From assembly GCA_965267575.1 (NCBI GenBank), contig OZ254086.1:1792001-1856000 (forward strand): a stretch of 64,000 nucleotides of DNA, read 5' to 3'. Under the pieces are notes generated by a model, which saw nothing but the letters and a program-made list of their open reading frames with translations, was not told where the DNA came from and did not search any database. A program made the position numbers and the translations under genes. How positions within the stretch are numbered: position 1 is the stretch's first letter; every line of letters starts with the position of its first letter. Origin of the DNA: Calditrichales bacterium (GTDB lineage Bacteria; Calditrichota; Calditrichia; Calditrichales; J004). Of this stretch, positions 51,352-62,700 are shown piece by piece.

Positions 51352-52602
51352 CTAGCTGCTCATTGAACGTAAAAAGTCTTTGTTGTTCTTGGTTTCTCTT
51401 ATTTTGTCCATCAAGAATTCCATACCTTCAACGATATTCATCTCGTTAAGCAGTTTTCTTAAAATCCAGATCCTTGAAAGTTCTTCCTTGGTGAGAAGTA
51501 ATTCCTCTTTTCGCGTACCGGATTTGTTGATATCTATTGAAGGGAATATTCTACGGTCGGAAAGGCGACGATCCAGAACAAGCTCCATGTTACCGGTTCC
51601 TTTGAATTCCTCAAAAATCACTTCGTCCATGCGCGACCCCGTATCGATCAGGGCTGTGGCGATGATAGTGAGGCTGCCGCCTTCTTCGATGTTGCGCGCC
51701 GACCCAAAAAAGCGCTTGGGTTTTTGCAGCGCGTTGGAGTCCACACCACCGGAAAGGATTTTGCCGCTGTGCGGAACAACCGTGTTGTGGGCACGCGCCA
51801 AACGCGTAATACTATCCAGAAGGATAACAACATCACGATTGTACTCAACCATGCGCTTTGCCTTTTCCAGCACCATATCCGAAACCTGGACGTGCCTTTC
51901 GGCCGGTTCGTCAAACGTTGAACTTATTACTTCGGCATCAACGGACCTTTCCATGTCGGTTACTTCTTCCGGGCGCTCATCAATAAGCAGTACCATCAGC
52001 TGGACTTCCGGGTGATTTTTGGTGATCGAATTGGCAATCTTTTGCAGCAGGATCGTTTTACCTGTTCTTGGTTGCGCGGTAATCAGACCTCGTTGTCCCT
52101 TCCCGATGGGGGTCAACAAATCCATGATACGCATGGAGTAATCGCTGCGCTCTGTTTCCAGGTTCACCCGTTCGTTGGGATAAAGCGGTGTTAGTGTATC
52201 AAAAAATTTACGCTGGCGCGCCTTATCCGGGCTTTCAAAGTTAACAGCTTCTACACGGAGCAGAGCAAAGAAGCGCTCGTTGTCTTTGGGGGGTCTTATC
52301 TGGCCCGTGACGGTATCGCCTGTGCGCAGGCCAAAGCGCTTTATTTGAGAAGGAGAGACGTAAATGTCATCCGGGCCGGGCAGATAACTGTAGTTTTGCG
52401 AACGTAAAAAGCCGTATCCGTCAGGCAGGATTTCAAGTACGCCCTTTGAAAATATGAGACCTTCCTGGGCGGTTTGCTCTTCAAGGATTCTGAAAATAAG
52501 CTCTTGTTTTTTCAGACCGGAAAAGCCCGTTACGTTCAGATCGTTCGCGATCTTTGTAAGTTCTGTTATCTTTTTTTCCTTTAATTCTTCAATGTCCAGC
52601 AT
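51352..52602 (-). CDS. rho: Transcription termination factor Rho
   Basis: [45 protein letters not shown]. Confidence 0.98.
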   Translation of the reverse strand: MLDIEELKEKKITELTKIANDLNVTGFSGLKKQELIFRILEEQTAQEGLIFSKGVLEILPDGYGFLRSQNYSYLPGPDDIYVSPSQIKRFGLRTGDTVTGQIRPPKDNERFFALLRVEAVNFESPDKARQRKFFDTLTPLYPNERVNLETERSDYSMRIMDLLTPIGKGQRGLITAQPRTGKTILLQKIANSITKNHPEVQLMVLLIDERPEEVTDMERSVDAEVISSTFDEPAERHVQVSDMVLEKAKRMVEYNRDVVILLDSITRLARAHNTVVPHSGKILSGGVDSNALQKPKRFFGSARNIEEGGSLTIIATALIDTGSRMDEVIFEEFKGTGNMELVLDRRLSDRRIFPSIDINKSGTRKEELLLTKEELSRIWILRKLLNEMNIVEGMEFLMDKIRETKNNKDFLRSMSS

Positions 52603-52689
52603 GATGGGCCTCTTATGAAGTTTTTAACTCTTGAGTAGATTGTTTTTATGGGGTTTTGGGAAAGACAGGTGTTTCGTTCGAGTGCCTGC

Positions 52690-52719
52690 AATATAAACGC
52701 ATTTTGGTTTTCATGTCAA
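52690..52719 (-). promoter_or_regulatory. Putative sigma70 promoter of rho
   Basis: TTGACA-N18-TATATT. Confidence 0.55.
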
Positions 52720-53994
52720 ATGATTCAGAATTTCTCCGACAAGGTAATGGCTGCCCATGATAAGAAGATTGTCCCGGGGGGAAAGTTCGCTTCTAATCCA
52801 TTCGAATGCCGTAACCGAATCTTTAATATTTTTTACATTTTGATTGTAGCTGTCGAGGTGCATTTTTAGCAGGCTGCTTTCCTGGCGCCTCTCGGTGGCA
52901 GGTTCTGTTACAACGATTGTATCAAACCTGTTGCCCAAAAAGCGGCAGATCTTTTCGGCATCTTTGTCATTAACAAGTCCTAATAATAACGTCTTGCGCC
53001 CTTGTTTCCATTCCGGAAAGCGTTCCAGGCTGGTAATTGTCGTCTTAACACCATCGAGGTTATGGCTTACATCCAGGATTATGTTGGGCTCTTTTTGTAT
53101 GATTTGCAGCCGGCCCGGCCATATCGTGTCGCTTATGCAGTCAACGGTTTTTTGCTTGGTGAATGACAGGCGCATTTGCTTTGCATAAAGCTGTGTGCAG
53201 AATAGGGCAAGGGCGATATTTGCGGCCTGGTATTCACCGTTCTGGCGAGTTTGCAGCTCGTATTGATCGGTTGTTTTATTTTGTTTGATCTCCAGCAAAA
53301 AACGTGTTCCATCCAGGGAAGTTTCTTTCACATGCCAGCGACAAAGTTCGGGAAGATAATGGAAGGGATTTTTTTGGGCCTTTTCCATAATCAAACGGTG
53401 AACCTCAGGTTCCTGACCGGCACAAACGACCAAAGCGCCCGGTTTAATGATGCCTGCCTTTTCCCCGGCGATTTGCGTAAGCGTGTTGCCAAGTTGCTTT
53501 TGATGGTCATAACCAATATTGGTTATAACCACCAGATGGGGCTGCACGATATTGGTCGAATCCAGGCGGCCGCCAAGACCTGTTTCAATCACAGCCACAT
53601 CGACTTTTTGTTCGCTGAAGTAATCAAAAGCCAGAGCCGTTGTCGTATCAAAAAAGGTGGCTTTGCGTTCAAGAACCCACTGTTTGTGCCTGCTCCAGAA
53701 CTCGCATACAAATTGTTCTGAGATGAGTTGATCGCCCACGCGAATCCGTTCCCTGAAGTTGACCAGATGGGGCGATGTGTAAAGGCCGACCTTTAAGCCC
53801 AGGGCGTCCAGAATTCTGGCAATAAACCAGGCGCTGCTGCCTTTGCCGTTTGTGCCCGCAAGATGGATAACCGGGTATTTTTTATGTGGCTGATTGAGGC
53901 GATCGCAAAGCGCGGTGATATTATCCAGCCCCAGCTTTATGGCAAATTGCTGAAGGCCAAAGAGCTCTTTAACGGTTTGCTGGTAATTATACAT
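52711..53994 (-). CDS. folC: Folylpolyglutamate synthase/dihydrofolate synthase
   Basis: HLAGTNGKGS, YTSPHL, ETGLGGRLDSTN, WPGRL, DVSHN. Confidence 0.95.
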   Translation of the reverse strand: MYNYQQTVKELFGLQQFAIKLGLDNITALCDRLNQPHKKYPVIHLAGTNGKGSSAWFIARILDALGLKVGLYTSPHLVNFRERIRVGDQLISEQFVCEFWSRHKQWVLERKATFFDTTTALAFDYFSEQKVDVAVIETGLGGRLDSTNIVQPHLVVITNIGYDHQKQLGNTLTQIAGEKAGIIKPGALVVCAGQEPEVHRLIMEKAQKNPFHYLPELCRWHVKETSLDGTRFLLEIKQNKTTDQYELQTRQNGEYQAANIALALFCTQLYAKQMRLSFTKQKTVDCISDTIWPGRLQIIQKEPNIILDVSHNLDGVKTTITSLERFPEWKQGRKTLLLGLVNDKDAEKICRFLGNRFDTIVVTEPATERRQESSLLKMHLDSYNQNVKNIKDSVTAFEWIRSELSPRDNLLIMGSHYLVGEILNHLT

Positions 53995-54000
53995 ATGAGG

Positions 54001-54408
54001 TTATATAAGCTTCCCCAAAATAAATCCAATCACGATGCCAACAAGTAAAACGACAGTGAGAATACGATAATTGACGACGTCTTTTGTGTAGCCACGTTTG
54101 ATCGCGAGAATAGAGACAAAATAGCCCAGCGCATTAATCAGCCAAAACAGCGGTAATGCCAGCACTTTGGCTATTATCGGACCAATAAGCGGGATCAGTC
54201 CTATAATATTGATAAGCCCGATAAAAGCCTGGGAAATGATACCAAAAATCACCACAGAGCCACCGATAACGGTTTTATCCACGTCATAATTAATGGCTAC
54301 GATCACAAACGATATCAATAGTATCCAGGTGACGATCGTTTTCCAGAAAGCCTGAAAAAAGAGCTTAAAGGAAAGAGTATAATGCTTGAGTTGGTCTTTG
54401 TCCGGCAT
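54001..54408 (-). CDS. Hypothetical membrane protein
   Basis: 135 aa, about 4 hydrophobic segments; 1-nt overlap with uppS stop. Confidence 0.75.
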   Translation of the reverse strand: MPDKDQLKHYTLSFKLFFQAFWKTIVTWILLISFVIVAINYDVDKTVIGGSVVIFGIISQAFIGLINIIGLIPLIGPIIAKVLALPLFWLINALGYFVSILAIKRGYTKDVVNYRILTVVLLVGIVIGFILGKLI

Positions 54409-55202
54409 CAGATGTTGTTGAGCGCTACTCCGGGCTCCAGTTGTTCACTGATTTTGCCATAACGCCGTTCGCGCTGCAGGAAACTCCATACCGCCTCGAT
54501 AAGCTGCGGTTTTCGGAATTCCGGCCATGGTGTGGAGGTAACGTAAAGTTCAGAATAGGCAATCTGCCAAAGAAGGAAATTGCTGATGCGGTTTTCACCG
54601 CCCGTACGTATAATGAGATCGGGATCGGGCTGACCGCAGGTGTCCAGTTCCCTGGCAATAGCCTGGTCGTCGATATCTTCCGGCTGCAGTTCTCCGCGCT
54701 TGATCAGATGGGCAATTTTGCGCATAGCATCGATGAGTTCCTGCCGGCCGCCGTAGCTTAGCGCTACATTTAATATAAGGCCGGTATTTCGGTGGGTTCT
54801 TTTTATGGCAGAAAGCATGCTCTTCTGCGCCCGCTCGGGCAGTTTGTTCAGGTGCCCGATTGTCCTGATCTGCACATTTTGCTTGGCAAGACGGTTGATT
54901 TTTTTATTCACTGTGGATACCAGCAACTGCATCAACGCGGAAACTTCCCAACTAGGACGCTTCCAGTTTTCCTCGGAAAAAGTGTAAATCGTAAGGTTGT
55001 TTACGCCCATTTCAGAGCAGCCTTCCACGATTGCTTCCACGGAATCAACACCAATGTTATGTCCGGCCACACGCGGCAAACCCTTGGCCTTGGCCCAGCG
55101 CCCGTTTCCGTCCATTATAATCCCGATGTGCTTAGGAAGATTGGGGTGTTGTTTTATGAAATTTAGCTTTTCCTGATATTCCAGAGGTAAATCGTTAGAC
55201 AA
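54408..55202 (-). CDS. uppS: Undecaprenyl diphosphate synthase (isoprenyl transferase)
   Basis: HIGIIMDGNGRWA, FSEENWKR, PDLIIRTGGENRISNFLLWQ; start uncertain (TTG 55202). Confidence 0.95.
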   Translation of the reverse strand: MSNDLPLEYQEKLNFIKQHPNLPKHIGIIMDGNGRWAKAKGLPRVAGHNIGVDSVEAIVEGCSEMGVNNLTIYTFSEENWKRPSWEVSALMQLLVSTVNKKINRLAKQNVQIRTIGHLNKLPERAQKSMLSAIKRTHRNTGLILNVALSYGGRQELIDAMRKIAHLIKRGELQPEDIDDQAIARELDTCGQPDPDLIIRTGGENRISNFLLWQIAYSELYVTSTPWPEFRKPQLIEAVWSFLQRERRYGKISEQLEPGVALNNI

Positions 55203-55422
55203 TTTCGTTCCCTGTTTAGAGATTCTATCCGTAATAAAAACGGGATAATTTAAACTGAATGCAAATAAAGTCAAGGCCTATACTTCGACCTTGTTTTTTC
55301 ACTCTTAAGCTACGTTATTAAAGAGATTTCTTTCTACCAGGTTCCATCGTGATTGTTTGCTTTTATTAAACAGGCAGATTAACTTCATCGGCTATTTGAG
55401 ATATTAAGGAAAACAGCCATTT

Positions 55423-57231
55423 ATGTACCTGGATTTTATCCGAAATTTTTGCATTATCGCTCATATTGACCACGGTAAATCTACCCTTGCAGACAGGCTT
55501 CTGGAGCATACTCAAACTGTCAGCCAGCGTGAACTGAAAGAGCAGATGCTGGACAGCATGGATCTGGAGCGCGAGCGCGGCATTACCATTAAATCACATG
55601 CCATCCGCATGAATTACAAGGCCGATGATGGCAATACCTATATATTTAACCTGATCGATACGCCGGGACACGTGGATTTTAGCTACGAGGTATCACGTAG
55701 TCTCGCTGCCTGCGAGGGCGCACTGCTCGTTGTGGATGCGGCCCAGGGCGTGGAGGCGCAAACCATCAGTAATCTGTACCTGGCCGTTGAAAGCGATCTG
55801 ACCATTATTCCGGTTATTAACAAAGTAGATCTGCCAAGCGCTGAGGTGGAAAAAGTCAAGAACCAGATTATCGAACTGATTGGTTGCGATGAAGATGAAA
55901 TTTTGCTCGCTTCGGCCAAAAGCGGCATCGGCATCCACGATATACTGGAACGCATCACGCGGGAGATCCCGCCGCCCAAAGGCGAGCCGGAAGGCAAACT
56001 GCAGGCACTTATTTTCGATTCCCTTTTTGACAGCTATCGCGGAGCGATCGCCTTTATCCGTGTTTTCAACGGTACGCTCAAAAAAGGTGAAGGCATACGT
56101 TTTTTCAGCAACACGCAATATTATGAAGCTGATGAGATCGGCACGTTGCGCTTAACGCGTGTGCCCGGCAAGGAGCTGCGGGCCGGCGAAGTGGGTTACC
56201 TGATTTCCGGCGCCAAAGATGTGCGAGATACCAAGGTGGGCGACACAGTTACGCACTCAAAGAATCCCGCTGAAAAGCCGTTGGCCGGTTATAAGGAAGT
56301 AAAGCCGATGGTATATTCCGGTATTTACCCCATTATCAGTGAAGATTTTGAAGACCTGCGCGATGCCCTGGATAAACTTACCCTTAACGATTCGGCGCTT
56401 GTTTACGTGCCGGAAACTTCCAAGGCGCTGGGTTTTGGTTTCCGCTGCGGCTTCCTTGGATTGCTGCATATGGAAATTGTGCAGGAACGGTTAGAGCGCG
56501 AATATGATCTGAGCATCATAAATACGGTGCCCAACGTGGTATATAAGGTGTATCTGACCAATGGCGAAATGGAGGAAATCGACAATCCGACCGAACTGCC
56601 CAATGCCGGCAACATCGATAAGATTGAAGAGCCGTATATCCGCGCCCAGATCCTGACACCACCGGAATATATAGGCAACATTATGAAGCTGAGCCAGGAA
56701 AAGCGCGGTGTGTTTGTCAATACAACCTACCTGGATGTGAACCGCGCCGATATGACAATCCTGTTTCCTTTGGGCGAGGTGATTTTTGATTTTTACGATC
56801 GCCTGAAATCTTATACGCGCGGCTATGCTTCGCTGGATTACGAATTTGATGAATACAAAGAGAGCGACCTGATCAAGCTGGATATTCTGATCAATGGTGA
56901 ACCTTTGGACGCGTTGTCGACCATTGTGCATCGCGAAAAGGCCTACGACTGGGGCCGGCGTCTCTGCCGCCAGCTCAGGAAACTGATCCCGAGGCAGATG
57001 TTCGAGGTGGCCATACAGGCAGCCATTGGCTCCAAGGTAATAGCGCGTGAAACCGTTAAGGCTATCCGCAAAAACGTGTTGGCAAAGTGCTATGGCGGTG
57101 ACGTAACCCGTAAGCGCAAGCTCCTGGAGAAACAAAAAGAAGGCAAAAAACGTATGAAGCAGGTCGGTCGCGTGGAGATTCCGCAGGAAGCTTTTCTGGC
57201 CGTACTATCAATGGATGAGGGCGATGATTAG
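55423..57231 (+). CDS. lepA: Elongation factor 4
   Basis: [34 protein letters not shown]. Confidence 0.98.
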   Translation: MYLDFIRNFCIIAHIDHGKSTLADRLLEHTQTVSQRELKEQMLDSMDLERERGITIKSHAIRMNYKADDGNTYIFNLIDTPGHVDFSYEVSRSLAACEGALLVVDAAQGVEAQTISNLYLAVESDLTIIPVINKVDLPSAEVEKVKNQIIELIGCDEDEILLASAKSGIGIHDILERITREIPPPKGEPEGKLQALIFDSLFDSYRGAIAFIRVFNGTLKKGEGIRFFSNTQYYEADEIGTLRLTRVPGKELRAGEVGYLISGAKDVRDTKVGDTVTHSKNPAEKPLAGYKEVKPMVYSGIYPIISEDFEDLRDALDKLTLNDSALVYVPETSKALGFGFRCGFLGLLHMEIVQERLEREYDLSIINTVPNVVYKVYLTNGEMEEIDNPTELPNAGNIDKIEEPYIRAQILTPPEYIGNIMKLSQEKRGVFVNTTYLDVNRADMTILFPLGEVIFDFYDRLKSYTRGYASLDYEFDEYKESDLIKLDILINGEPLDALSTIVHREKAYDWGRRLCRQLRKLIPRQMFEVAIQAAIGSKVIARETVKAIRKNVLAKCYGGDVTRKRKLLEKQKEGKKRMKQVGRVEIPQEAFLAVLSMDEGDD

Positions 57232-57251
57232 GTCGCTGATGGAGGATAGAG

Positions 57252-57965
57252 TTGAGCAAAGAGTCTGTTAAAAAAGAGAAAAATGCCCGCGACGTTATCC
57301 GCGGCCTCTTCTTCGCGCTGATCATAGCGCTTATTATTCGCCAGTTTGTTGTTCAGGCCTATACGATTCCCACCGGTTCCATGGAAGACACCTTGCTGAT
57401 CGGCGATTTTTTGCTTGTAAATAAATTTGTTTACGGCATGCGTACCCCCGACTGGATCGGCATTCCCTATACAAAGTATGGATTCGATCTGCCCTGGCTG
57501 CGCTTTCCGGCCATAAAAGATGTAAAGCCGTATGACGTCGTGATTTTCCGTTTCCCTGAAGATACCAGCGTGGATTATATAAAACGTTGCGTAGCCACCG
57601 GCGGCCAGACGGTCGAGATCGTGGACAAAAAAATCATGGTGGACGGCGAGCCTTTTCCACGCCCGCCTGAGATGAAATTAATCGACAAACAGGTGTACCA
57701 GCGCAACGAATTCCCCAACTACAGCACATTCCGCGGCCTGGGCACGCGCGACAACTATGGCCCGATCACGGTGCGCGAAGACAGCTACTGGGTTATGGGC
57801 GATAACCGCGACAATAGCCTGGACAGCCGCTTCTGGGGATTTGTACCCCATGAGCTGATCGTCGGCCAGGCGCTGATCATCTATTTTTCATTGGATTACG
57901 ATGACTGGCCGCGCAAATTTTATGAAATGGTCCGTCTGAGTCGTATCGGATGGGTTATTCGCTAG
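57252..57965 (+). CDS. lepB: Signal peptidase I
   Basis: IPTGSMEDTL, DYIKRC, GDNRDNSLDSRFWG; TTG start after GGAGG. Confidence 0.95.
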   Translation: MSKESVKKEKNARDVIRGLFFALIIALIIRQFVVQAYTIPTGSMEDTLLIGDFLLVNKFVYGMRTPDWIGIPYTKYGFDLPWLRFPAIKDVKPYDVVIFRFPEDTSVDYIKRCVATGGQTVEIVDKKIMVDGEPFPRPPEMKLIDKQVYQRNEFPNYSTFRGLGTRDNYGPITVREDSYWVMGDNRDNSLDSRFWGFVPHELIVGQALIIYFSLDYDDWPRKFYEMVRLSRIGWVIR

Positions 57966-57969
57966 CCCA

Positions 57970-59139
57970 ATGGCTTTGAAAAGCAAGAAGAACATTAGTA
58001 CCAATCCGGGGCTTTACATACACATCCCCTATTGCGATACCAAGTGCGGTTATTGCGATTTTTACTCCATCACCAATCACTCCACGCGTAAAGAGTTTAT
58101 CCCGGCCCTGCAAGCAGAGATGGATCTGTATGCCCGCCCGCCATTTTCCAAAGCCCTGTTTGACACAATCTATCTTGGCGGAGGTACACCCTCGCTGCTG
58201 GAGCCTGCCGAGCTAGAACAGATATTCAACCGTTTGCGCGCGCATTATGGATTTGCGGAGGATTGTGAAATTACCCTGGAGGCCAACCCCGGTACATTAA
58301 ATGAAGCAAAGCTGCGGGCCTATAAAGAGTTGGGCGTTAACCGGCTGAGTATCGGTATTCAGAGCTTCGATGAGAGGGAATTAAAATTGCTTGGCCGCAT
58401 ACATTCCGCGGATGACGCGCGCAGAAGTGTAGAGAAAACACGCTCGGCTGGCATTGTTAATATTAGCGTGGATTTGATTTTTGCCCTGCCCGGTCAAAGC
58501 CTGGAAACGTGGCAATCCAATATGGCCGAAGCGCTGAAGCTGGAGCCGCAGCATATTTCCGCCTATAACCTTATTTTCGAATCGGGAACGCAGTTTTACA
58601 AAAAGATGATTGTAGGCGAGATCGTTCCCAAAAGCGAAAACGAGGAGTGGCTTTTTTTTCGTGAAACGATTAAGACTCTGGAAAAAGGCGGCCTGAGCCA
58701 GTATGAGGTTTCCAATTACGCAGCGAGCGAGTCGCTCTACTCACGGCACAATTGTAAATATTGGGACCATACGCCATACCTGTCATTGGGGCCGTCGGCG
58801 CACTCTTACTGGGACGGAAAGCGCTGGTCCAACATGCGATCGGCCGCAGGCTATATAAAAAAGCTGCAGGAAGGGATATTACCTTTGGATTTTGAAGAGA
58901 ACCTGGACGAGGCTACTTTGCGTTTTGAACGGATGATGCTGGGATTGCGCACGCGCTACGGCGTGGATTTGGCCAGATTCCGGGAACATTTTCGGCAGCC
59001 GCCCGATAGCTATTATCCCGGCGTAATAGAGGCGCTGCTGGAAAACCGCTACGCTGAAATTAAAGACGGTTTTTTTCGTCTGACCAAAAAAGGATTGATG
59101 ATCTGTGATGAGATTGTGGCACGTTTTGCCCCGGCTTAG
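57970..59139 (+). CDS. hemW: Radical SAM heme chaperone HemW
   Basis: LYIHIPYCDTKCGYCDF, GGGTPS, YEVSN, HNCKYW. Confidence 0.88.
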   Translation: MALKSKKNISTNPGLYIHIPYCDTKCGYCDFYSITNHSTRKEFIPALQAEMDLYARPPFSKALFDTIYLGGGTPSLLEPAELEQIFNRLRAHYGFAEDCEITLEANPGTLNEAKLRAYKELGVNRLSIGIQSFDERELKLLGRIHSADDARRSVEKTRSAGIVNISVDLIFALPGQSLETWQSNMAEALKLEPQHISAYNLIFESGTQFYKKMIVGEIVPKSENEEWLFFRETIKTLEKGGLSQYEVSNYAASESLYSRHNCKYWDHTPYLSLGPSAHSYWDGKRWSNMRSAAGYIKKLQEGILPLDFEENLDEATLRFERMMLGLRTRYGVDLARFREHFRQPPDSYYPGVIEALLENRYAEIKDGFFRLTKKGLMICDEIVARFAPA

Positions 59140-60913
59140 TTTTTTTGCGCTATTGCTTTCCGCGACCCTCACCTTTGCCCAAAATCCGCAGGAGTTGCAG
59201 CTTGCCGAACGCCTGATGCGGGCAGGCAATTTTGAAACGGCCTTACGGGTTTTTGAACGCCATTATGATGCCGGCATTTATACGCCCAAGGTGGTAAATG
59301 GCATTAGCCGCTGTCTTCGTGAGTTAGGGCAGTACGGCAGGTGGGTGGATTTTCTGATGGAGGTAAACCGCCGCAGCCCGGACGTTTACTCCTACCAGAT
59401 TGAATTGGGGGAAGCGCTCTATTTCAACAAGCAGCAGGACAGCGCTTTTGCCGTCTGGCGCGACGTGTACCAGACCGAACGCCCCGATATTATGCGCTAC
59501 CGGCTGGTGGCCCAGGCCATGGCCAATCTGCGGCTGATGGATGACGCGGCCGATGTTTACCTGGCGGCACTGGAACGGATGCCCAACCAGTTAACCCTGC
59601 ATTTTGACCTGGCCAATCTTTACCGCATTCAACTGGAATACGAAAAGGCGGTGGATCACTACATGGTCTACTTTGAGCGTTTTGACAAACAGCGCTCTTA
59701 TGTCAGGTCGTTGATTCTGAATATGGCACGGGACGATGAAGCGACCCAACGCATTATTGACCGGCTGGAAGAAAAAGAGGTTGATGGCAATCCCGATATG
59801 ATGGAGCTTTTGGCCAACCTGTACATGCGCAAAAAAAGCTATGCCCGCGCCTTTGAGCTTTACCGCGCAATCGAGCGTTACAGCGAACCGGGAACGTTTG
59901 CCTACATGAAACGCTTTGCGGTTGAAGCTGCCAAAGATGACGAATGGCCCTACGCCATCCGCGCTTACGATTACATGCTTCAAAACAGCGGGGAAAGACC
60001 TGCTGAAATTTTGTTCCGGATGGCGGAGGCCACCTATAGGTACGGGCGCGCCCAGAGCGACAGTCTGCCGCAACAGGCCTCTCAAAATGTAAACAAAGCT
60101 CTTGCGCTGCTGCAGGAAATCGATGCCCGCGGCAATTACGGTCGTGCGGCACGGGAACTGAGCGGGGATATTTACCTGGACTATTTTGAGGATCTCGATA
60201 AAGCACTGGAGTTGTATCGCTCGCTGCAGCCGGAAAAGATGAGGGGCGCCCAGGCCGATCGCCTGAAAATTAAAACAGCGGAAGTGATGCTTCTGAAAAA
60301 TGACTTGAAAGCGGCGGAAGATTTATACAAAGCCGTTGAAGATCAGCGCTATCAAAGTCTGGCGAATTTCCGCATGGCGGAGTTGCGTCTTTTCCGCGGC
60401 CAGGTGGAGCCGGCAAAAGAAGCGTTTAACGCCGTACTGGCAGCGGCGGGCATGCAGGACTCGCTTGCAAACAACGCGCTGGAGCAGATATTTTTTATTG
60501 ATAATTTTGCGGCGGACAGTGCCGCTTTCCGGAAATTTGTTGAAGCCGAGTTGCAGCAGAGGCAGAAGCAATACGGCCGTGCCGCCAAAACCTTTGAAGA
60601 GGTGGCAGGGGGCAGCGGTTCTCTGGCGCTGGAGGCGGCGTGGCGCGCGGCGGATTTGTACAAGCATCTGGATGAGACGGACAAGGCCGTTGAGCTGCTG
60701 GCAAATTCGCTGGACCGTTTTACGAATGCCGACGGTATTGATAAGATCACTTTTTTGCTGGCCACTATCCTCGAGGAAAAAGGCGACTTTGAAAGGGCGC
60801 TGACGCTTTACCGCGAAATCATCATCAACTACCCGTCCGGTTTCTACAATGAGGATGCCCGCCTGCGCGCACGGCAGATCACCGAGAAAATCCAAAACAC
60901 GGTTACACCCTGA
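59105..60913 (+). CDS. Exported tetratricopeptide repeat protein
   Basis: Signal peptide ending TFA-Q; TPR-like repeats; ends YREIIINYPSG. Confidence 0.85.
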   Translation: MMRLWHVLPRLSFFALLLSATLTFAQNPQELQLAERLMRAGNFETALRVFERHYDAGIYTPKVVNGISRCLRELGQYGRWVDFLMEVNRRSPDVYSYQIELGEALYFNKQQDSAFAVWRDVYQTERPDIMRYRLVAQAMANLRLMDDAADVYLAALERMPNQLTLHFDLANLYRIQLEYEKAVDHYMVYFERFDKQRSYVRSLILNMARDDEATQRIIDRLEEKEVDGNPDMMELLANLYMRKKSYARAFELYRAIERYSEPGTFAYMKRFAVEAAKDDEWPYAIRAYDYMLQNSGERPAEILFRMAEATYRYGRAQSDSLPQQASQNVNKALALLQEIDARGNYGRAARELSGDIYLDYFEDLDKALELYRSLQPEKMRGAQADRLKIKTAEVMLLKNDLKAAEDLYKAVEDQRYQSLANFRMAELRLFRGQVEPAKEAFNAVLAAAGMQDSLANNALEQIFFIDNFAADSAAFRKFVEAELQQRQKQYGRAAKTFEEVAGGSGSLALEAAWRAADLYKHLDETDKAVELLANSLDRFTNADGIDKITFLLATILEEKGDFERALTLYREIIINYPSGFYNEDARLRARQITEKIQNTVTP

Positions 60914-62175
60914 TGCGATTTACCCGAAAGATATTGACAATCCTTCTATTTACTTTTGCCGCCACCCAGGCCCAGTATATCCTGGTACCGATGGACCTGT
61001 CACAGACCAACCATCTTAAAGCTTACGGCGTGGCCTGGTGGATACTGAAAAAAGAGATCAACGTGGAGTGGCTGCTCAATTATCGCGGCGGGTCGTTTTT
61101 GTTTACGGACGCCCGGGCCTTCCGTGACGAGCTGGAGCTGCGCGGCATAAAGTATGAACCTCTTTCCGGGGTACAGGTAAATTCCATCTACGCGGAAATC
61201 GAAGAGAACAACATGGAAAAAGTGCTGCTGGAAAAGGCGCCGAAAATCGCCGTGTACACACCACCCGGCTACCAGCCCTGGGATGATGCCGTTACGCTGG
61301 CCATGACCTACGCGGAAATCGAATATGATAAGGTGTACGATGAAAAGGTGCTGGAGGGCAAGCTGGCCGAGTACGACTGGCTGCACCTGCACCACGAGGA
61401 TTTTACAGGCCAGTTCGGCAAGTTTTACGCCAGTTTCCGTAATGAGCCGTGGTATATAAAACAGCAGAAGGAATCCGAGCAGCTTGCCGCGCAACTGGGT
61501 TTTAACAAGGTTTCCGAACAAAAGCGCGCCGTCGCTTTTGAAATCCGGGACTATGTGCGGCAGGGTGGATTTATCTTCGCCATGTGCTCGGCCACGGACG
61601 CGCTGGACATCGCGCTTTCGTCCTGGCAGACGGATATCGTTGCGGCTGTTTTTGACGGCGACCCCGTGGAGCCGGGCTACCAAGAGAAGCTGGACTTTTC
61701 GCAGACGCTGGCATTTGAAGATTTTGAGCTGATGCCCGATCCCTCGATTTACGAGTTCTCCGACATTGATGTACCTCCCAGCCATATGCCGCGGTTGCGT
61801 GACCCGGAAAGCGACTATTTTTCGCTGTTCGAGTTTTCCGCCAAATATGACCCTGTGCCGACCATGCTGACGCAGAACCACGTTAACATCGTGAAGGGCT
61901 TTATGGGGCAAACGACCATGTTCCGTGAAAGCAAAATCAAGCCCAAGGTTACGATAATGGGCAAGATCGAAGAGAGTAATGAAGTTAAATATATTCACGG
62001 GAATGTGGGCAAAGGCACGTTTACGTTTTTGGGCGGCCACGACCCGGAAGATTACACTCACCGTGTCGGGGATCCGCCGACGGACCTTAACCTGCATCAA
62101 AATTCACCGGGCTACCGCCTGATCCTGAATAATGTTTTATTCCCTGCGGCACGGAAGAAAAAACTTAAAACCTGA
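60913..62175 (+). CDS. Conserved exported protein (family often auto-annotated 'asparagine synthetase B')
   Basis: Signal peptide; QTNHLKAYG, WLLNYRGGSF, PWDDAVT, DWLHLHHEDFTGQFGKFY, FAMCSATD, GGHDPED. Confidence 0.7.
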   Translation: MRFTRKILTILLFTFAATQAQYILVPMDLSQTNHLKAYGVAWWILKKEINVEWLLNYRGGSFLFTDARAFRDELELRGIKYEPLSGVQVNSIYAEIEENNMEKVLLEKAPKIAVYTPPGYQPWDDAVTLAMTYAEIEYDKVYDEKVLEGKLAEYDWLHLHHEDFTGQFGKFYASFRNEPWYIKQQKESEQLAAQLGFNKVSEQKRAVAFEIRDYVRQGGFIFAMCSATDALDIALSSWQTDIVAAVFDGDPVEPGYQEKLDFSQTLAFEDFELMPDPSIYEFSDIDVPPSHMPRLRDPESDYFSLFEFSAKYDPVPTMLTQNHVNIVKGFMGQTTMFRESKIKPKVTIMGKIEESNEVKYIHGNVGKGTFTFLGGHDPEDYTHRVGDPPTDLNLHQNSPGYRLILNNVLFPAARKKKLKT

Positions 62176-62178
62176 ACG

Positions 62179-62284
62179 GATTTTGACGGGAAAACAGGAT
62201 GGACAAGATAAAGTGAAACAAATTTTGTTCGTTAGAAATATCTCGAATTATTATATCTTATTAATCCTGTAATCCTGTCTAATC
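62179..62284. repeat. Imperfect ~31-bp inverted repeat of ACAGGAT-type units
   Basis: Left gattttgacgggaaaacaggatggacaagata; reverse complement of right gattagacaggattacaggattaataagata. Confidence 0.7.
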
Positions 62285-62307
62285 TTTTTAAAGAAATTGA
62301 GGGTAAA

Positions 62308-62700
62308 ATGATCTCATTTTCGGTTAAGACATCTGAGCGTACTGAAATGATAGATATAACCGGGCGTGTGCAGCAGGCACTGGCCGAGCAGGATTTGCAG
62401 GATGGCATTGTGCTGGTTTTTGTACCGCATACCACGGCCGGCATAACGATCAACGAAAACGCCGACCCCGATGTGGAAAGAGACATGCTGAAGGAAATGA
62501 ACAAAGTGATCCCGTTTGAGGATAACTACCGCCATGCCGAAGGAAACAGCGCCGCGCACATTAAAGCGTCCTTATTCGGCTCGTCGGTGCAGGTGATTGT
62601 GAAAGACGGCCGCATGCAGCTGGGCACCTGGCAAGGCATTTTTTTCTGCGAATTTGATGGCCCGCGTCAGCGCAAAGTATGGATAAGTACACTAAAATAG
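62308..62700 (+). CDS. yjbQ: YjbQ/UPF0047 family protein
   Basis: PHTTAGITINENADPDV, HAEGNSAAHIK, LGTWQGIFFCEFDGPR. Confidence 0.92.
   Translation: MISFSVKTSERTEMIDITGRVQQALAEQDLQDGIVLVFVPHTTAGITINENADPDVERDMLKEMNKVIPFEDNYRHAEGNSAAHIKASLFGSSVQVIVKDGRMQLGTWQGIFFCEFDGPRQRKVWISTLK

Noticed and set aside
61000-62100. 366-aa minus-strand ORF (and similar ones at 14084, 21987, 25608, 56491)
   Set aside because: Antisense shadows of well-supported genes caused by codon bias
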